A stretch of 62,503 nt of DNA, filler included, from Choristocarpus tenellus KU-1152 (taxonomy: Eukaryota > Protista > Phaeophyceae): assembly GCA_964200185.2 (NCBI GenBank). It is 10 parts of 10 records of this genome, joined end to end, with 100 filler letters (N's around TTAATTAATTAA, not from the genome) between each part and the next. Parts side by side here need not be neighbours in the genome. Positions count along the whole stretch, not along the records: positions 25,414 to 33,853 come from CAXNAD020004708.1; positions 33,954 to 40,369 come from CAXNAD020008186.1; 8 more parts are not named here. One strand, written 5' to 3'. The position numbers and the translations under genes are program-made. Below, piece by piece: positions 25,719-39,500 of this stretch (position 1 is the stretch's first letter; every line of letters begins with the position of its first letter). The notes below the pieces were generated by a model. The model had not been told where the DNA came from and ran no database searches. It saw nothing but the letters and a program-made list of their open reading frames with translations.

Positions 25719-26592
25719 ATTGTAGTTAAGAGGTATGCTGTGTGCATCAATCTTCGTTTCCCTAACCTTAACCCAAACCGTAACCCTAAACTTTAATGTG
25801 ATTGGTTGTGACCAGTCAGAATAGAAAACCCAATGTCGGGTTTTGTTAGTTTGAATCCACCGTTCATGCCGGGGTTACCACGTGCCAGTCGTTTGTCTGA
25901 CCCACACCACATCACCTGGTTTGGGGTGTATGCCAAAGGTGAAGCGCGCAAATATGACCATGCATTTTGTCCTCATCATTGTTGGGAGATTTTAAAAGGT
26001 GACCTCTCCTCACATAATGAAATAACACAAAAAGTAGGTAATTTCCATTCCGATTTCTCCACATTTTTGTTCAAGGCAATAATAACCACTATCAATTTAT
26101 AATGATGAAGAATCTGAATTGTGTGATTCTGTGCGGCGTGGTTCACTCAGGGTTAGGGTTAGGGAGGTGAAGAGATTCACCGGGCAAGACGGACCACACG
26201 AGCAAGACGAACTGTGATCGAGGGTATGAGGTTAAGGTTGGACAAGTGCAAACTTAGGAGTGATGAGCATCATCAAAGGTGGGGCTTCATCACCACCAGT
26301 CAAGACGTGAGAATAAAGTGGTTTCCCCCCTGACACATCTGCAAAATGTCACATAATACTAATAATAAAGTAGATCTTCCATGTGTGACATTCTGACAGA
26401 AAGTCTGTTCGTGAAATCATGGACTCTTGACTGGAAACCTCAATCGGTACCACGGTATAACGGTATATGACATACGGCAATAACGGTATAATAAAAGGCA
26501 AACATGCTTTCCACAACAACAATTGAAACTTCGACTAATTGTATTAACAGGAGTTCCAATACAATTCACAGATAGGACCTATCACAATCAAC

Positions 26593-29500
26593 ATGGAGAA
26601 GTCAGGGTGGGGCATAATTTCTACTGCACATATTGCGCGAAAGGTTACCCGAGCAATCAAGTTGTCTGCCAATGCTAATGTGGTAGCTGTGTCGAGTCGC
26701 AGCCTAGAAAAGGCCAAGTCCTTCGCTGATGACCTATCCATTCCAAAGGTGGCGATGTTGTGAGATGTTCCCTGTCGCGTTGATTCCTCGCTATCTGTGC
26801 AAGCCTTAAGTACTATGCCCAGTGTTACCAGTCCATTCTCTTGCATTTTCTTCGATCTCTTATTGTGTGGTTCCCTTTGACATGGCCATGTCGTCAATGA
26901 CACATTATCATGTGGTTTTCCATGGGAACGGCAGGCATATGGCGATCATTCTGAACTTCTGAAAGACCCCGAGGTACAGATAGTATATATTCCTCTTCCA
27001 ACTGCTGTGAGAAAGAAGGTGCGTGGGAAGGCGAGAGGGTAGTGGTGGTATGTGGATATGATATGGATGTTTTGTCTCTTTGTGATTCTCGACAGTGGGC
27101 TTCTCAGGGTTTTTTATAATTGTGGTAGAATGAAGCAATGCATGTGGGGCCAAAGTCCAGCTATCGATGGATATGGTAATAATGAATCTCCACAGTATGT
27201 GTTGAAAATATTAACCATCCTACGCATTTGGTGTTATTTTGCAGCGTTCTATGTTAGTTAGACTATGTTTGCACTTTTTTCTCATTTTTTTATCTCTAAA
27301 GTAAAGGACACCCTATTTTCTTGTCGATGTTCACCCTCAACATTATTCCTACAGTGGGTCCTTGCCGCGGCTGCAGCCAAAAAACATGTTTTGTGCGAGA
27401 AGCCATGTGCGGTGTCACTTGCTGACCTGAAGGAGATGGTGGATGCTTGCCTCAAGAATAAGGTCAGGAAATCAGGATGCGAGGTTTACAGGTGTCTAGG
27501 TAGGAAGTGCACGATATATGATTGGTCTCCTTCAAGTTTAAATTAACTTTTGTTATTGAATGTGGACACCTTCAATTGCCCTTCATTTTGACTCTAGCAG
27601 AGAGAGTTTGGAGTTCTGAACAAGCAATAGTTTTTTGGTGATGCATTTGTTCGTGAATGTAGAGGATATGCATCATAGAAACAGGTAATATTTCAATTTC
27701 TGTAGAGCCAAATGGTTTTCACATATTCCAAAAGACTGAGATGCCTGTCTAGAGTCAGCTCTTCCCTCACGAGAGATAGTGCGTCGCTGGTCGTAGCCAA
27801 AGTGTAACTGTGGAGAAGCAAGTGTGAGAATCATGCTGCATAAATCCTAATTGTGTAGAACAATATGCTGATGTGTACAAACTGCAACTGTGCTGCTCTT
27901 GTTGAGTTTCTGTGTCATGGATGTGCATCAAGAAGCAATTTTCTAAACAACTTGATAGAGAATTTGTTCTCTTCAATCCCATCAGGTGCAGTTCATGGAT
28001 GGTGTTATGCTTGAGCACCACACCCGCTTGGAGCTCATAAAAAACGTTGTTGGTGGAGCTGACTTTGGGCCCATCAAGAATATGACATCCCGCTTTAGCT
28101 TTCCTGGTGCCATTGATGAGAGCTTCTGTGAATCCAACATCAGGGTGATTTCTCGTATCCTCTAAACCCTATCAGCACTAACATCTTTCTTGTACACTAC
28201 TTGTAAGTTCAGCATTTGCTAGCCTAATGTCCTTCTAAAGCTGACAACTGACCTTTGATTTGATCTTCAGAATTTAGACTGTATCCATACTTTTGATGGG
28301 TTTGTTCCCTAGCCTGTACTATTGTATGATGTTGCTCTGAAGAATGTTAAGTGTCAATGGTTTTACACAAGCAAGCCTCACCTGAAATACTTAAAAGTGG
28401 TGTTATACAATTTCCTCAAGAACACTTGCTCGGTTAGGTGTGAGAGGTTATTTTATGCCCAAGGAATAGTTTTCTACATAGAACAGGTCTCCACCTGGAA
28501 CATTAGGAAGACTGCTGACTCACACGATTTTTTAAAAGTAGCTTGGCAGATCTCCCCCTCATGTCACTGTTAGATAGTGAAAGAGTATATGTACGATTCT
28601 ATATTTTTCCTTTAAAAATGTCTCGATGACTTGTCCAATAATTATGGTTGCTGTCTTAGTCACTGTCTACTCACGATCAATATTCTACTTCTTTGGTTCT
28701 GGTGTTGCCATTGACTGGGTAGAGATTTCGATGGGCTCTACATAGAGCTAGGACCTTGCTAAAGGTCCAATCCGGACCACAGGCTGGTTGCTTTTGTTTG
28801 TTAAATGTCTGATCCCTGGACTCTATGTTCCATAACGGTTCTGTTTTGATTACAGCCCAGTCACTATTTTTTGTGAAGGTTTCAGTCAACGCGACAGACC
28901 AGTAAATTCCAAGCTAGGTCCAAATGTATTGTACTGATGTGGTTGGTAGAGCCAGTCCGGATATGCATTATTTGGGCACTGTAGGATTGTTGTATTGTTC
29001 TTGTTGTCCCTGGAATTGTTACATCATCATCTGTATGTCACAGTTTGATCCACCACTAGCTAGGGCGGAATCAGGTATGGGTTCGACCTGATGATTATGT
29101 TGTCAACAGGCTTAGGGTTAGGGTTAGGGCCTGTATCGAGTGTTTCCTAGGTCTGCTCTGCTCTGGGGCTGCTGAGTTTAGTGGATGGTGCAGTCCAGAC
29201 TGTGACGTGGTTGCTCTTGTTTGTGAAAGGTCTGGCCCCTAGCCATTATTTTTTCTCAAGTCCCGTGTGCAGACCAGCCCCCAGTCCTAGTCCTCAAACT
29301 GGTTTGGTCCAGGCTGGATGTGGAGCCCCGATATTGAAAATGATTGTATGCGAAATGGCAACCCTCCTGAGTCCTCACTTGAGTCCCACTTGTCTGCTCT
29401 CCACACACTCTCTTCCACTGCAGCCTGAATCCCCTCATCGTGAGTTGCTTTTGAGCCCCTTTGCTGTTTCCAAAGCCTAAACTGGACTCAAATGTGCAGC

Positions 29501-31645
29501 ACTTGCCCAAACATTGCCTTAGACTGAGTTTTGATAGTTTTTTTTTCCTGCAAGGATTGATTCAACATATAATATTTTGAAGTTTTCACTTTCTCTCCAG
29601 AGAAAGGATTATCATTTTCAATGTGAGGAATCTTGGCCTCCCTTAAAGTGTATCATCTCTATCCTGCTTTGTATCTTACCACAAGATTTTGTTCCTTGCA
29701 ACTAAAACAACCTTGTCATCTTCCTTTATAATTGAATGTCGTGCAAAATATGTGTATTCATTGTTGCAGATGAATCCTGAAATGGAGCCTTTCGGAGCCC
29801 TTGGTGACCTGGGGTGGTACAATATCAGATTTGCACTTGATCTCTTTAGTGTCAGCCAAGCATACCCTGCACAAACACCAGTGAAGGTAATACACTATTT
29901 TTGTTGTATATGTAGGTAGAGTGAAAGGGTTTGGGTGCTGGCTCAAGATGAGAACTGTCTCCTTTTTTTATTGGAAGATGGTGCTTGTCTTTGGTGTGTT
30001 TGCTCTTCTGGGAGATAGAGTGGCTCCTTTGGTAGTGGTGGTCAAGATTGGAAAATGGCATGCAACCATGAAGTTGAATTTCCAGTAGATGCTATTCTAT
30101 GATGAACGTGTTACCCCCAAGCCTATTTGATGGATTTCAGTATCAGATAAGACTGCTTGCAAGGGATGTGTGACACTTGTGTCCTATTGCCTGACATTGG
30201 ATGAATATGTAGTGTAATCACTGAACGTCTTATCTTATGATTTATTGCAATTGCAAGGTTAGCTCACTAACAAAACTATTGTATTTGTTGAACAAGATTT
30301 GAAATATTAATTATAATCATGTACAGATGACTGTAGTCAATACTGTGTGAATGGTTGTTCAGAGTACAATTCTTTCTTCCAGGATTTGTTTTGTGGGTTT
30401 ATGCGGACTCTCTCGACAGTCGATAATTACTAATTTGTATCCCTGCGTATTTAGCTGGTGCGATTCACTTGTTCAAAGTACTTGAAAATTGAACATCAAG
30501 CATTTGCTTATTAGTAGTAATTTTTACATGGTTTGTCAAGGGCATGGCATGGTGAGGAGTATCTCAACCATTAGTGCAATCTTATGTATCTGGTGGAGGG
30601 CTTTTGGGGACGATGAACTTATTGCTTGAGAATATTATTTGGATCAAATTTATGCAGTGCTGAGGTCCAGCCGGAGGAAGTGATGGACCAGGATCTGCCT
30701 TGGAAAGCTGAGAGCACTGTTAAATTTCCTGCAAAGACCCAAGTCTGCTGATTCTTTCTGAGTTTTGTGTCTAGCCCATTGCAAACTCAAATTGTGTTTG
30801 CCCCACAGGTGGTGTGCCACTACCATGAGCAGGGAAAGGGTGGTCTGGCAATTACATCTAGTGGTATACTCTTTTTCAGTGGTGGAGGCAGTGCAACGTT
30901 CCACAATAGTTTCTCTCAGTGCTTCAATCAAGAGGCATCTGTGTGTAGCGACCGCTCGAGGTTTGCACCCTGCTTAGGGGTACTTGTGTGTACGATGATG
31001 TTCAGCCTGTTTTGCATAGATGCCATTGATCCATTGCCCTATGAAGTATGAGCTTATCATTGTGCAGATATGATTTCCACAAGATCCCGAGTGTGTATGT
31101 TTTGGCATGCGTAGTAGCAAAGTATTGTTTGAGATGTCACTCTTTCCTAAATCTGCAAGTAATCTTCTTACTATCCCCTTGCTGAATTCTCCAATCAGCT
31201 TGCAGATCAACGACTTTGTTTTACCACTGAATGAAGCCAATGTCAAGTTCACGGAAACCAAAGTACAACGTGAGAAGTGGACAAGGTGAGGTGGCACGCT
31301 GCTGGAAGTTGTGCTGACTTTGGGGTTCCTGTTTGACTTCAATGATCACTGAAATTGACCTACCTCCTATGTGCCAACCCTTAAGACAATCTCATACATG
31401 TTTTCTGCTGGTGATGTTGCAGGCACTATTTGGCATCAGATCATCATGTCCTCAACTGCTGCCAGGAGGTAGCCATGGTTGAGAAATTGAGTAGCCTAGC
31501 TCAAAGTCTCATGACTGGCAAGTCTGATATCAATGACAGTAAGCATTGCTTTTGGCCTCACCTCTCCCTTGCTACCCAGACTGTCCTGGATGCAGCCCAC
31601 CAATCTGCTGTTAATGGTGGCAAGCCTGTTGAGATCAAAAGTTAG
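26593..31645 (+). CDS. Gfo/Idh/MocA-family NAD(P)-dependent oxidoreductase, complete; exons 26593-26748, 26935-27018, 27355-27462, 27986-28144, 29770-29886, 30809-30960, 31199-31285, 31423-31645
   Basis: WGIISTAHIA, VVAVSSRS, VYIPLPT, KKHVLCEKP, FMDGVM, GALGDLGWY; all eight exons join in frame at GT-AG. Confidence 0.93.
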
Positions 31646-32959
31646 ATCTAGTGCTCAAGTTGTGTTGTGAAGTTGACTTAGTTTGTGGATGTGACAAAAG
31701 GATAGCTTAACTATCAAGATGCGTAAATGCAGAGGGATGGACATGGACTTTGGCACAGAGCTTTCGGTGGCTATATTATGCATGTGGCATTTCTCATCAG
31801 AATATTCTACATAGTGTTTGGTGATGCAGACGGTGGACACATTCAGTCAAACCAATTCTGCACAAACACGTATCTCTGCCGGATTTCATCCCACATACCT
31901 GTAGGTGGCCTCTTCAGCAGCTTTGTGTGATAATACAACGGTAATGGAAAGCTCTGGGTTGATGTAGCCTGTTAATGTAAACTATTTGCACCAACAGTAT
32001 TGTGCTTTCATAAGCATTTACCCTGAAAAACACTCTAGGAAGTTCAATTTTGGTACTGAATGTTTATTGTTTTGATCTAGTTTGTGGTCCAGGTAACACA
32101 ACATTCATATTGAGTGTAGGGAACTTTTCAATATTAATATTTAGGAGAATTAAAATAATATACAGCAAAATTGTTGATGCCCTCATGAAGGGATTCCCAA
32201 CACTCTCTTTGAAAAATGGATTCCGAGCAAAGTAGAAATGCTGGGGCTTCAGGAAAGTCCGTCAGAAGCGTTTGAAGCTCTTAGGAAACATTTTTCTCGG
32301 AACTGGATTGCAGAATATATTGCGGCCTAAGTTGAATTCTCTCCATCTATCTGTGGGGAAAGATCTAACTCTTTTTATTTTGCCGCTGAACAAGCTAGTG
32401 AAGAAGACGAGATCAATTGAGAATGAGCCTACCGAGGCCCAGTTAAGCACAAATGGACAATTGTGAAATAAGCCAGTGTCCCCCAATACCTCTGTAAATA
32501 GATGACTTGATATATTCCTCCTTTGGATGGATAGGTTGTGGATGAAGTGAGGCGAGAGAAAGGAGGAGTGAGCGCATCAAGCCCACGGGGGGTGGTTCCT
32601 TGCCACCAAATCAACCCTATTCTGTTTATAACTAATAATATTTCACAGATTACTTGCTCCAATGTTTCCTATTCCTGAACTCTTCCACATTCTAGTTCGT
32701 TAACCCAAACATACATCTTCTATCGTTCAGAATACAAACATAATCTCTTTCATCATCAGATTGCCTCTACAGAATCTGCTTTTACACATGAACAAAAAGC
32801 ACATTCTTCACACACTCCCTTGGTTTGAACTTCTAGTGAAAAAAATAATACCTCAAATCATTTTTGTACATATCTACACAAGAATCAATTCCAATTCATT
32901 CTACGCATGATAACACTGGCTAATGCTTAATGAGTTTTTCTTTTGACAGACGCATTGTT

Positions 32960-33629
32960 AAAATATCCACATAGTGAAACTCTGTTTGAAAATATCCCAT
33001 TGGTATCTTTTCTTCCCTCTCCAACTGACGCATATTGTGGTACCATTTCTAGATGTTTTTTTGTTCCATATCCAGATGTAGCGTTTTGAGCTATCTAAAT
33101 TACACCCATCATTATCCTCAAAAGTGGATACTAAGTAGTCCTTGCAAATTGGTTGCATAAAAATGCGCACCTGCTTGAGGAACATAACCTCTTCCCCCAA
33201 TCCACAGTGCGCAATATAATCATCCCTAGCAGTAGACAGTGACACTGTTTTCTATTTTCTAGACCGTCAGTCAACACATCCTCTCCCAAATACCACTACA
33301 CTACCGGAAACATTTTACTCTTCTTGCAGTTAGGTCAATCGGCATCTGTAAAGCCAATTAGCTGGTCCCTCGGAACATTCCTGTACAAGTCTAAGTCTTC
33401 AAAGGTAATGCCCTTCTCTCTAGTACCTAACAGATACCGTACCAACTTGGATTCTCCGCACAAATGCCAATTCTACAACTGAAAAAGTCAGATCCGGCCT
33501 AGTTATCATTGTCGCCCACTGTATTTCACCAATCATCTACCTGTAGCCATCTGGAACAAACCCATCCTGCTCCGGTCTCCTTGTGATTGATCACAGTTCA
33601 TAAGTTTTGCCAATCCCATGTCTCTCCAC
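32960..33629 (-). mobile_element. Decayed Ty1/copia retrotransposon (RT C-terminus plus RNase H)
   Basis: GYR*MIGEIQW..ITRPDL.FSV, VRYLLGT, GFTDAD*, D*RSRK*KTVSLST..DYIA, FEDNDG. Confidence 0.88.
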
Positions 33630-33853
33630 TTAGGGTTAGGTTAGGGCTAGAGTTAGGTTAGGGTTAGGGTTAGGGTTAGGGTTAGGGTTAGGGTTAGGGT
33701 TAGGGTTAGGGTTAGGGTTAGGGTTAGGGTTAGGGTTAGGGTTAGGGTTAGGGTTAGGGTTAGGGTTAGGGTTAGGGTTAGGGTTGGGGTTAGGGTTAGG
33801 GTTAGGGTTAGGGTTAGGGTTAGGGTTAGGGTTAGGGTTAGGGTTAGGGTTAG
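33630..33853 (+). repeat. Telomeric (TTAGGG)n array at the contig end, with degenerate proximal units
   Basis: About 37 units; the G-rich strand runs 5'->3' toward the contig end; TTAGG and CTAGAG variants at the junction. Confidence 0.95.
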
Positions 33854-33991
33854 NNNNNNNNNNNNNNNNNNNNNNNNNNNNNNNNNNNNNNNNNNNNTTA
33901 ATTAATTAANNNNNNNNNNNNNNNNNNNNNNNNNNNNNNNNNNNNNNNNNNNNAATGATCTTTGCTTTGCTGTGTATACAATCCCTCCACT

Positions 33992-34172
33992 GACCCAATG
34001 TATCTGAGGGGGGGGGGGTTGGGGTCTGCACCAGGGTGTCCATTTGGCCCATAACCAGGAAAGGTGCACTTTCATTCTCCATCCGACGTATGCAACCGAA
34101 TCACCTAAAAATCACAAGATGAAAAATTGGCCCCAAATGGACAGCCACCACCCCCTCCCAGATACTTTGAGC
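33992..34172 (+). mobile_element. MITE family B (~180 bp; CAAAGTATCTGG TIR core, poly-G tract); fragments at 6490-6513, 11318-11368, 20645-20675, 40180-40369, 40470-40504, 53043-53063
   Basis: GACCCAA(A/T)GTATCTG...CCAGATACTTTGAGC with flanks CACT/CATT; near-full reverse copy at 40180-40369. Confidence 0.8.
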
Positions 34173-35810
34173 CATTGCAATACTGACGTTGTTTCCTACC
34201 GCGGTTGCTAGCTACTCAGAAGGAAACTCTTATATTTCCTTAATGTTAAGGAAAAATCTGTCAGAGTAGCAATTTTTCCATGAAATAACCTTAGATTCAT
34301 CCATCTTGCAACTCTTAGTACTGTGTTGACAATCACACCTGTTTCCCATTTGCTGCCAGAGCTCACACTTTTTCGTTGGACCTGAATCATACTTGAAGCC
34401 GAGGAAGGTGATGGGGTAAGAAGGCTCTTTCGTAATCAAACGACTAATTGCTGTACCACATAATTCACCATACCGCTTGAAGTTCTTTTCCGAGAACCTC
34501 AGTTCCACAGTGGAGGATCTTCAGAGAGAGGCTTCCGTCACTTCCCGTAACGTCTCTTCAAGGGTTCGTTTTCCAAAGGCGGACTCTCCTACCGCTCAGG
34601 GGTTTTGGTTTGGGATCCCATTTGAACCGTGATCCTCCCCACTCTTCACACCCTTTCCAATCTCATAACCTTAACCCTGTTGTCGTGCTACAGTTTGTCT
34701 TGTCAGTTTGGTCCAACTTGCCCAGGTTCTCTTCACCACCCTTTCCTGAAGTGAACCATGCCGCTACAGAATATTACGATTCACAAAACCGTGTGTAAGG
34801 ACTGTGCTGGTGGCCGTTCAGGGCTGCTCTAGGACTCGTCGAAGGTGTATACGGGAAAAAAATACGAGTCAACAATATCACTAGTGATGATAACCCGCGC
34901 GAGGAAAAGTCTTTCTCTCGCGCGTGTAGAAGTATATATACAACAGATGCTGTTTACGTGGAAGTATGACGAAAACCCATTACCACGTATATTTGTAGGT
35001 ATGAAGGGTGACCTCCTATATTTAACACCTTAGTTAGGTTTGACTTAGTCGAGGATCCTTTACATCATTTCGGCAAGAGCAAAGTTGAGGATGGTCATCC
35101 TAAACATTTAATTGACTTTTTTGAGAGAACCAACATTAACTGAGAGAAAATATAGAAGAAAAAGTGAAATATTTCAAAACCGATGAAAACTAACCAAACG
35201 AACTTTCTTCTAGCTAGAGTGGAGATTGCGATTAATCACAAAATCTTAAGCAATACTTCCTCCTCCGTTCGGAATGAAATGTAACATAACTATTGCAAGC
35301 TCTATTCTCGCCTGGAAACAATTCATGTGATAAACCCTCAGGAAGATGTTTAGTTCTCATATAGATTGGGAGGCGGGCAAAGTTTGAGATAGCAGGCTGT
35401 CATGGTTGTGGAGGATCACCCCTGCAAAGTCGACGAAAAACATCGTGAACCTGTCAATGTTCAAAGAAACTGTGGGGTTTATCGGGACGCCTAGGACGAA
35501 GGTTCAACGCCATTCGAGCGGCTCACTTGGCCCCTCATTGCCTGCCGGTCCCAATCCTTCGGGTCAGAAGTAAGACATGAATGGAGGCTAGAATGGAGGC
35601 TGTTTTGTGGGTATTCAATAGTTTTGCAAGAGAAGAAGTGTAAATATATACAGGAATAATAGTATCAATAATGTCAATGGTGATACCAAAAATAATATTC
35701 CGAAGTGATAGTGTTTAGCACCATCAGGACTTCCAACAAAACTAAGTCTGAGGGTGCCCTAATAAAATATGGTTTAAAACATGACCGATACAGGGCCGTT
35801 TAACTGGACT

Positions 35811-35879
35811 AGAAGGTAGAAGGTACAGGGTAGAAGGTAGAAGGTACAGGGTAGAAGGTAGAATGTACAGGGTAGAAGG
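35811..35879. repeat. Minisatellite, 21-bp unit AGAAGGTAGAAGGTACAGGGT, about 3.3 copies
   Basis: Direct reading. Confidence 0.9.
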
Positions 35880-36506
35880 ACTGGCTCGGTCAGCTTTCAG
35901 TTATTTACATTACAATGAGAGGAATCTATGCACCTCAACGGATTTGAAGAAAAGTTTATTCCCACATATTTTTGAGACAACGCGGGGGTCGACCCAACAT
36001 AGTTTTGATTGGGCGTGTCCGTCCGTCTTCTGCTTGTCCGGACCTATCCACCCAACTAACATAACATTTCATGCTGAGGACCGTCAGAATTTTTGACCAA
36101 CCTCAGACTGACCTTGGAAAATACTAAAGTACAACTAATATTGTTATGTAGTAGTATGTATGAACAGAGGACTGGTTCAGGATCCCCAGACCTTTCAAGT
36201 GGACTGACCTACGGGTTGGTGTTATTGAATATGTTGTACGTTGCAGTGGTATAATAGCACTACAAAGTACGGCAAAATCTTTGGGATAATCCAGGGTCAT
36301 CAGAGATGTGACTGTATTCCCTCTCTGTCGGTCCATCTTAGATAACTTCCAGGTTAGTGATAAGCCCAACAAAATAATGTTCACATTTGGTTTGTTTGCG
36401 TTTTGACAGTTACGATTCAAACACTAAGACGGGGAAGAAATCAATGCCAGCCCCATGAGCAAATCACCAACTACACAAACAAAGTCTTTCCAACCGAACT
36501 ATTACG

Positions 36507-39500
36507 ATGAGACGCCGTACAAGGCTACCAATGGTCTTGTCTTGCCTCATGGCCATCGTATTCTGCACGGGTGTAAAGTGTGTGTGTCCCAATCGTTGCA
36601 ATAGGCATGGTGACTGCAATCCCTATGGAAGGTAATGAATACTTAATGTACTTGGATCCTCTACCACTGTATATATGCGAGATATTTCTATCTTCATGGG
36701 GGCTCAATTCAGATGGTGTAAGGACGTTTGCTTTCCCTTCGTTAATTTCCTTGAAGCAAGGACGCCAGGGGTAGCATCCAGATCGGTATAGTCACCCATA
36801 CCTTAATCTCTCTGCTGTATTAGCATCGCTTGTTGTAACCTCGTTCTCCTGCTTCGCGGTCTTTGAGTGATCGCTGCTTCGTAGGTGTAGTGCTTACTCC
36901 TGAATTTGTCCCAACCTTAGCGCCAAAACCACAACCATGAACACCTTCTGGCGAACATCATCTCAACCAACGAAATTGTCGCAGAAATTTCACGGGATAG
37001 GTGCCTGTACTATAGTTAAAAAGCTTATTCTCTTTTGGACAGAACATTTGAGAGTATATGTTGTCTTGGCATGCAAGGTGTGATTGCTGGGACACATGGG
37101 AAGGGGCAGATTGCTCGGAGCGTGTTTGCCCATCCGGCCTTGGGTGGAGTGATGAGGCCATTGCCACAGATACAGCACATGCACCGGTCCAGTGTTCTAA
37201 CCGTGGAACTTGCAATCGCCAGACTGGCCGTTGTCAATGCATGGAAGGGTATTCAGGAGCCGCTTGTGAGCGAAGCAACTGCCCACACCGATGTTCTGGA
37301 CATGGGCGATGCCGTAGTATGGAGGACTTTGCCGAGGATTTCAGGGATGCCGACTCAGTACAATATCTCTACTCGGATGTGAGATGCTCTGGTATTGTGT
37401 GCATTTCATGGGACAAAAATGAATTATCATCAATGTGCATACATGACTCAGAACTTCAACTGCTTCTTACACAAAAACGTTTGGATGAGTTCTGATTTCT
37501 ACATCAAGTACATGCGGGTCGGAGGCAGAAGAAATGTGAAGAGTACATATCGTGTGTTAACTCTTTGGTATCTCCAGGTGTGGGACAGTGATAAGCTGCA
37601 CAAGTGTGTCTGCGACACTGGGTACCATGGGTATGACTGCAGCCTGCGCCAGTGCCCAACTGGTGATGACCCTCTTACAACTGGTCAGGTCAACGAGCTC
37701 CAGCTTATTGTTTGTCAGGTAGGCCAGCAGGAACATATGTATTTATCACATAATATTGCTCCGCTGGGAAGCAGTCACTCTTACAGAAGTTGTGGGTCAA
37801 ATAACCTCAAGTACAGATGGTTGTCCTCTTGCAATTATATTCCCAAAAACTGATCTGATCTTCCCTCGCCAAGTATGCAGGCTTCAGGTGGCACATTTGT
37901 GCTCTACTATGAGCATCAGGAGTCGACATCAATTGCATTTGATGCTAATGCAGCAGATGTTGAAGAAGCCCTGAGGGATATTCCAAGTGTGGCAGATGTG
38001 GAAGTGAAGTTCTCTGTGAACGCATCTGGTGCTTGCAATTCCACAGTCATCAACGTCATTCAGGTCAGATGTGAATATACACCACATTTTGCTAAGTTAA
38101 GCTTTGTCAGCCTCAATAAATTGGGGCACTTCCTCAATCTAGACAGGGTCAGTTGCACGGAATACAGTGGAAGTGTTGTATGATATCTCAATGTCTAATG
38201 TATATAATATGTACATGACCCAAGACCAATTCCACATAACCAAAACCCATCAACAAGGAGTTGTGCATGGCTATGTGACAGAGAAGATTGGAGCATTGTG
38301 TCTAAAACAAATTGCTTCTATATTTCAGGTGGAGTTCACACAAAACTTTGGCTCCCTCCGCCCCATGTGGTCATACAATGGACTCACTGCTGGTGATGTG
38401 GCTACATTGACTGTCACAGCTGATGGGAGTACTGTGTACGACTCAGACGGCATTGGGTGGGCTTGACGTAGATATAAATACTTTGGTTATATATTGTGCA
38501 CTTGCAAAGTGACAAGTCAGTCACCAGCATTCTTCCAAGCAGAAACTGGATTTGGAATACACTACACAACCTTGCATTCCCATGTATTAAGTGCCACATA
38601 GATGACAACTACTCAGGTCAATTGACAAATAAACACCAAAATACTGCCATTTTTTAAAGGTACAATTCTGTAAAAGGCACAAAAGAGAACAAGGAATGCT
38701 CGAATAGGGGCCTTTGTGACTCAGAACAAGGCATCTGTGCTTGCTATGATACTAACGATGACATCTTCGCCAGCAGTGACGGGTAAGTGGCCCCTATTAA
38801 TTCCCAACCAGATGCCCTGTGGTGACAAGATAGTTAATACGCAAACCACATTTATTCCAACAACCTAGCACTTTGGGACAACTTTAAGTTAACCTCAAGA
38901 AGGCAACATCCAACAAATGTTTCCCAAATCAGAATACCACATACCTGTGTTCTGACTTGTTTCTGGAGATATATAACGTGTTAGTATATTGCTGGACTGA
39001 AGAGTAACAACACTACAATCTTGATTCGTTAATGGAAGGTACAATGGCCCTGGGACACGTGGTGACTGTGGCTATGCTGTCATAACAACAGCTGGGTGTC
39101 CAGGCGAGGTTGCATGCAGTGGCCATGGTACCTGTGATGAAACTGACTTCAGCTGTGATTGCAATAATGGTTGGATTGCAGGGGATTGCTCCCTGTTGAC
39201 ATGCCCATACGGGTCGAGCTGGTTCAGCTACCCAAGGCATGTCCCTAAAATTCTGCTACAATCGACTAATAATGACACTTTGTAAACCCATACCTTCTGG
39301 ACTAATGCTATTGTAGTGGCAAGCACTTGCCTCACTGGAGACCCTTGGTGCAATCAAAATATTTTTTCAAATTGATTATGGTATATTCTGTAATGCTATA
39401 CTATTATGTAGTAGTTGACCTTTTCATTCCTTGAATTGCATGCTATCCATGTTTATCGTTACTGCCCTCAGAGAGTCTTCTATTTGGAGTCAGTGAAATC

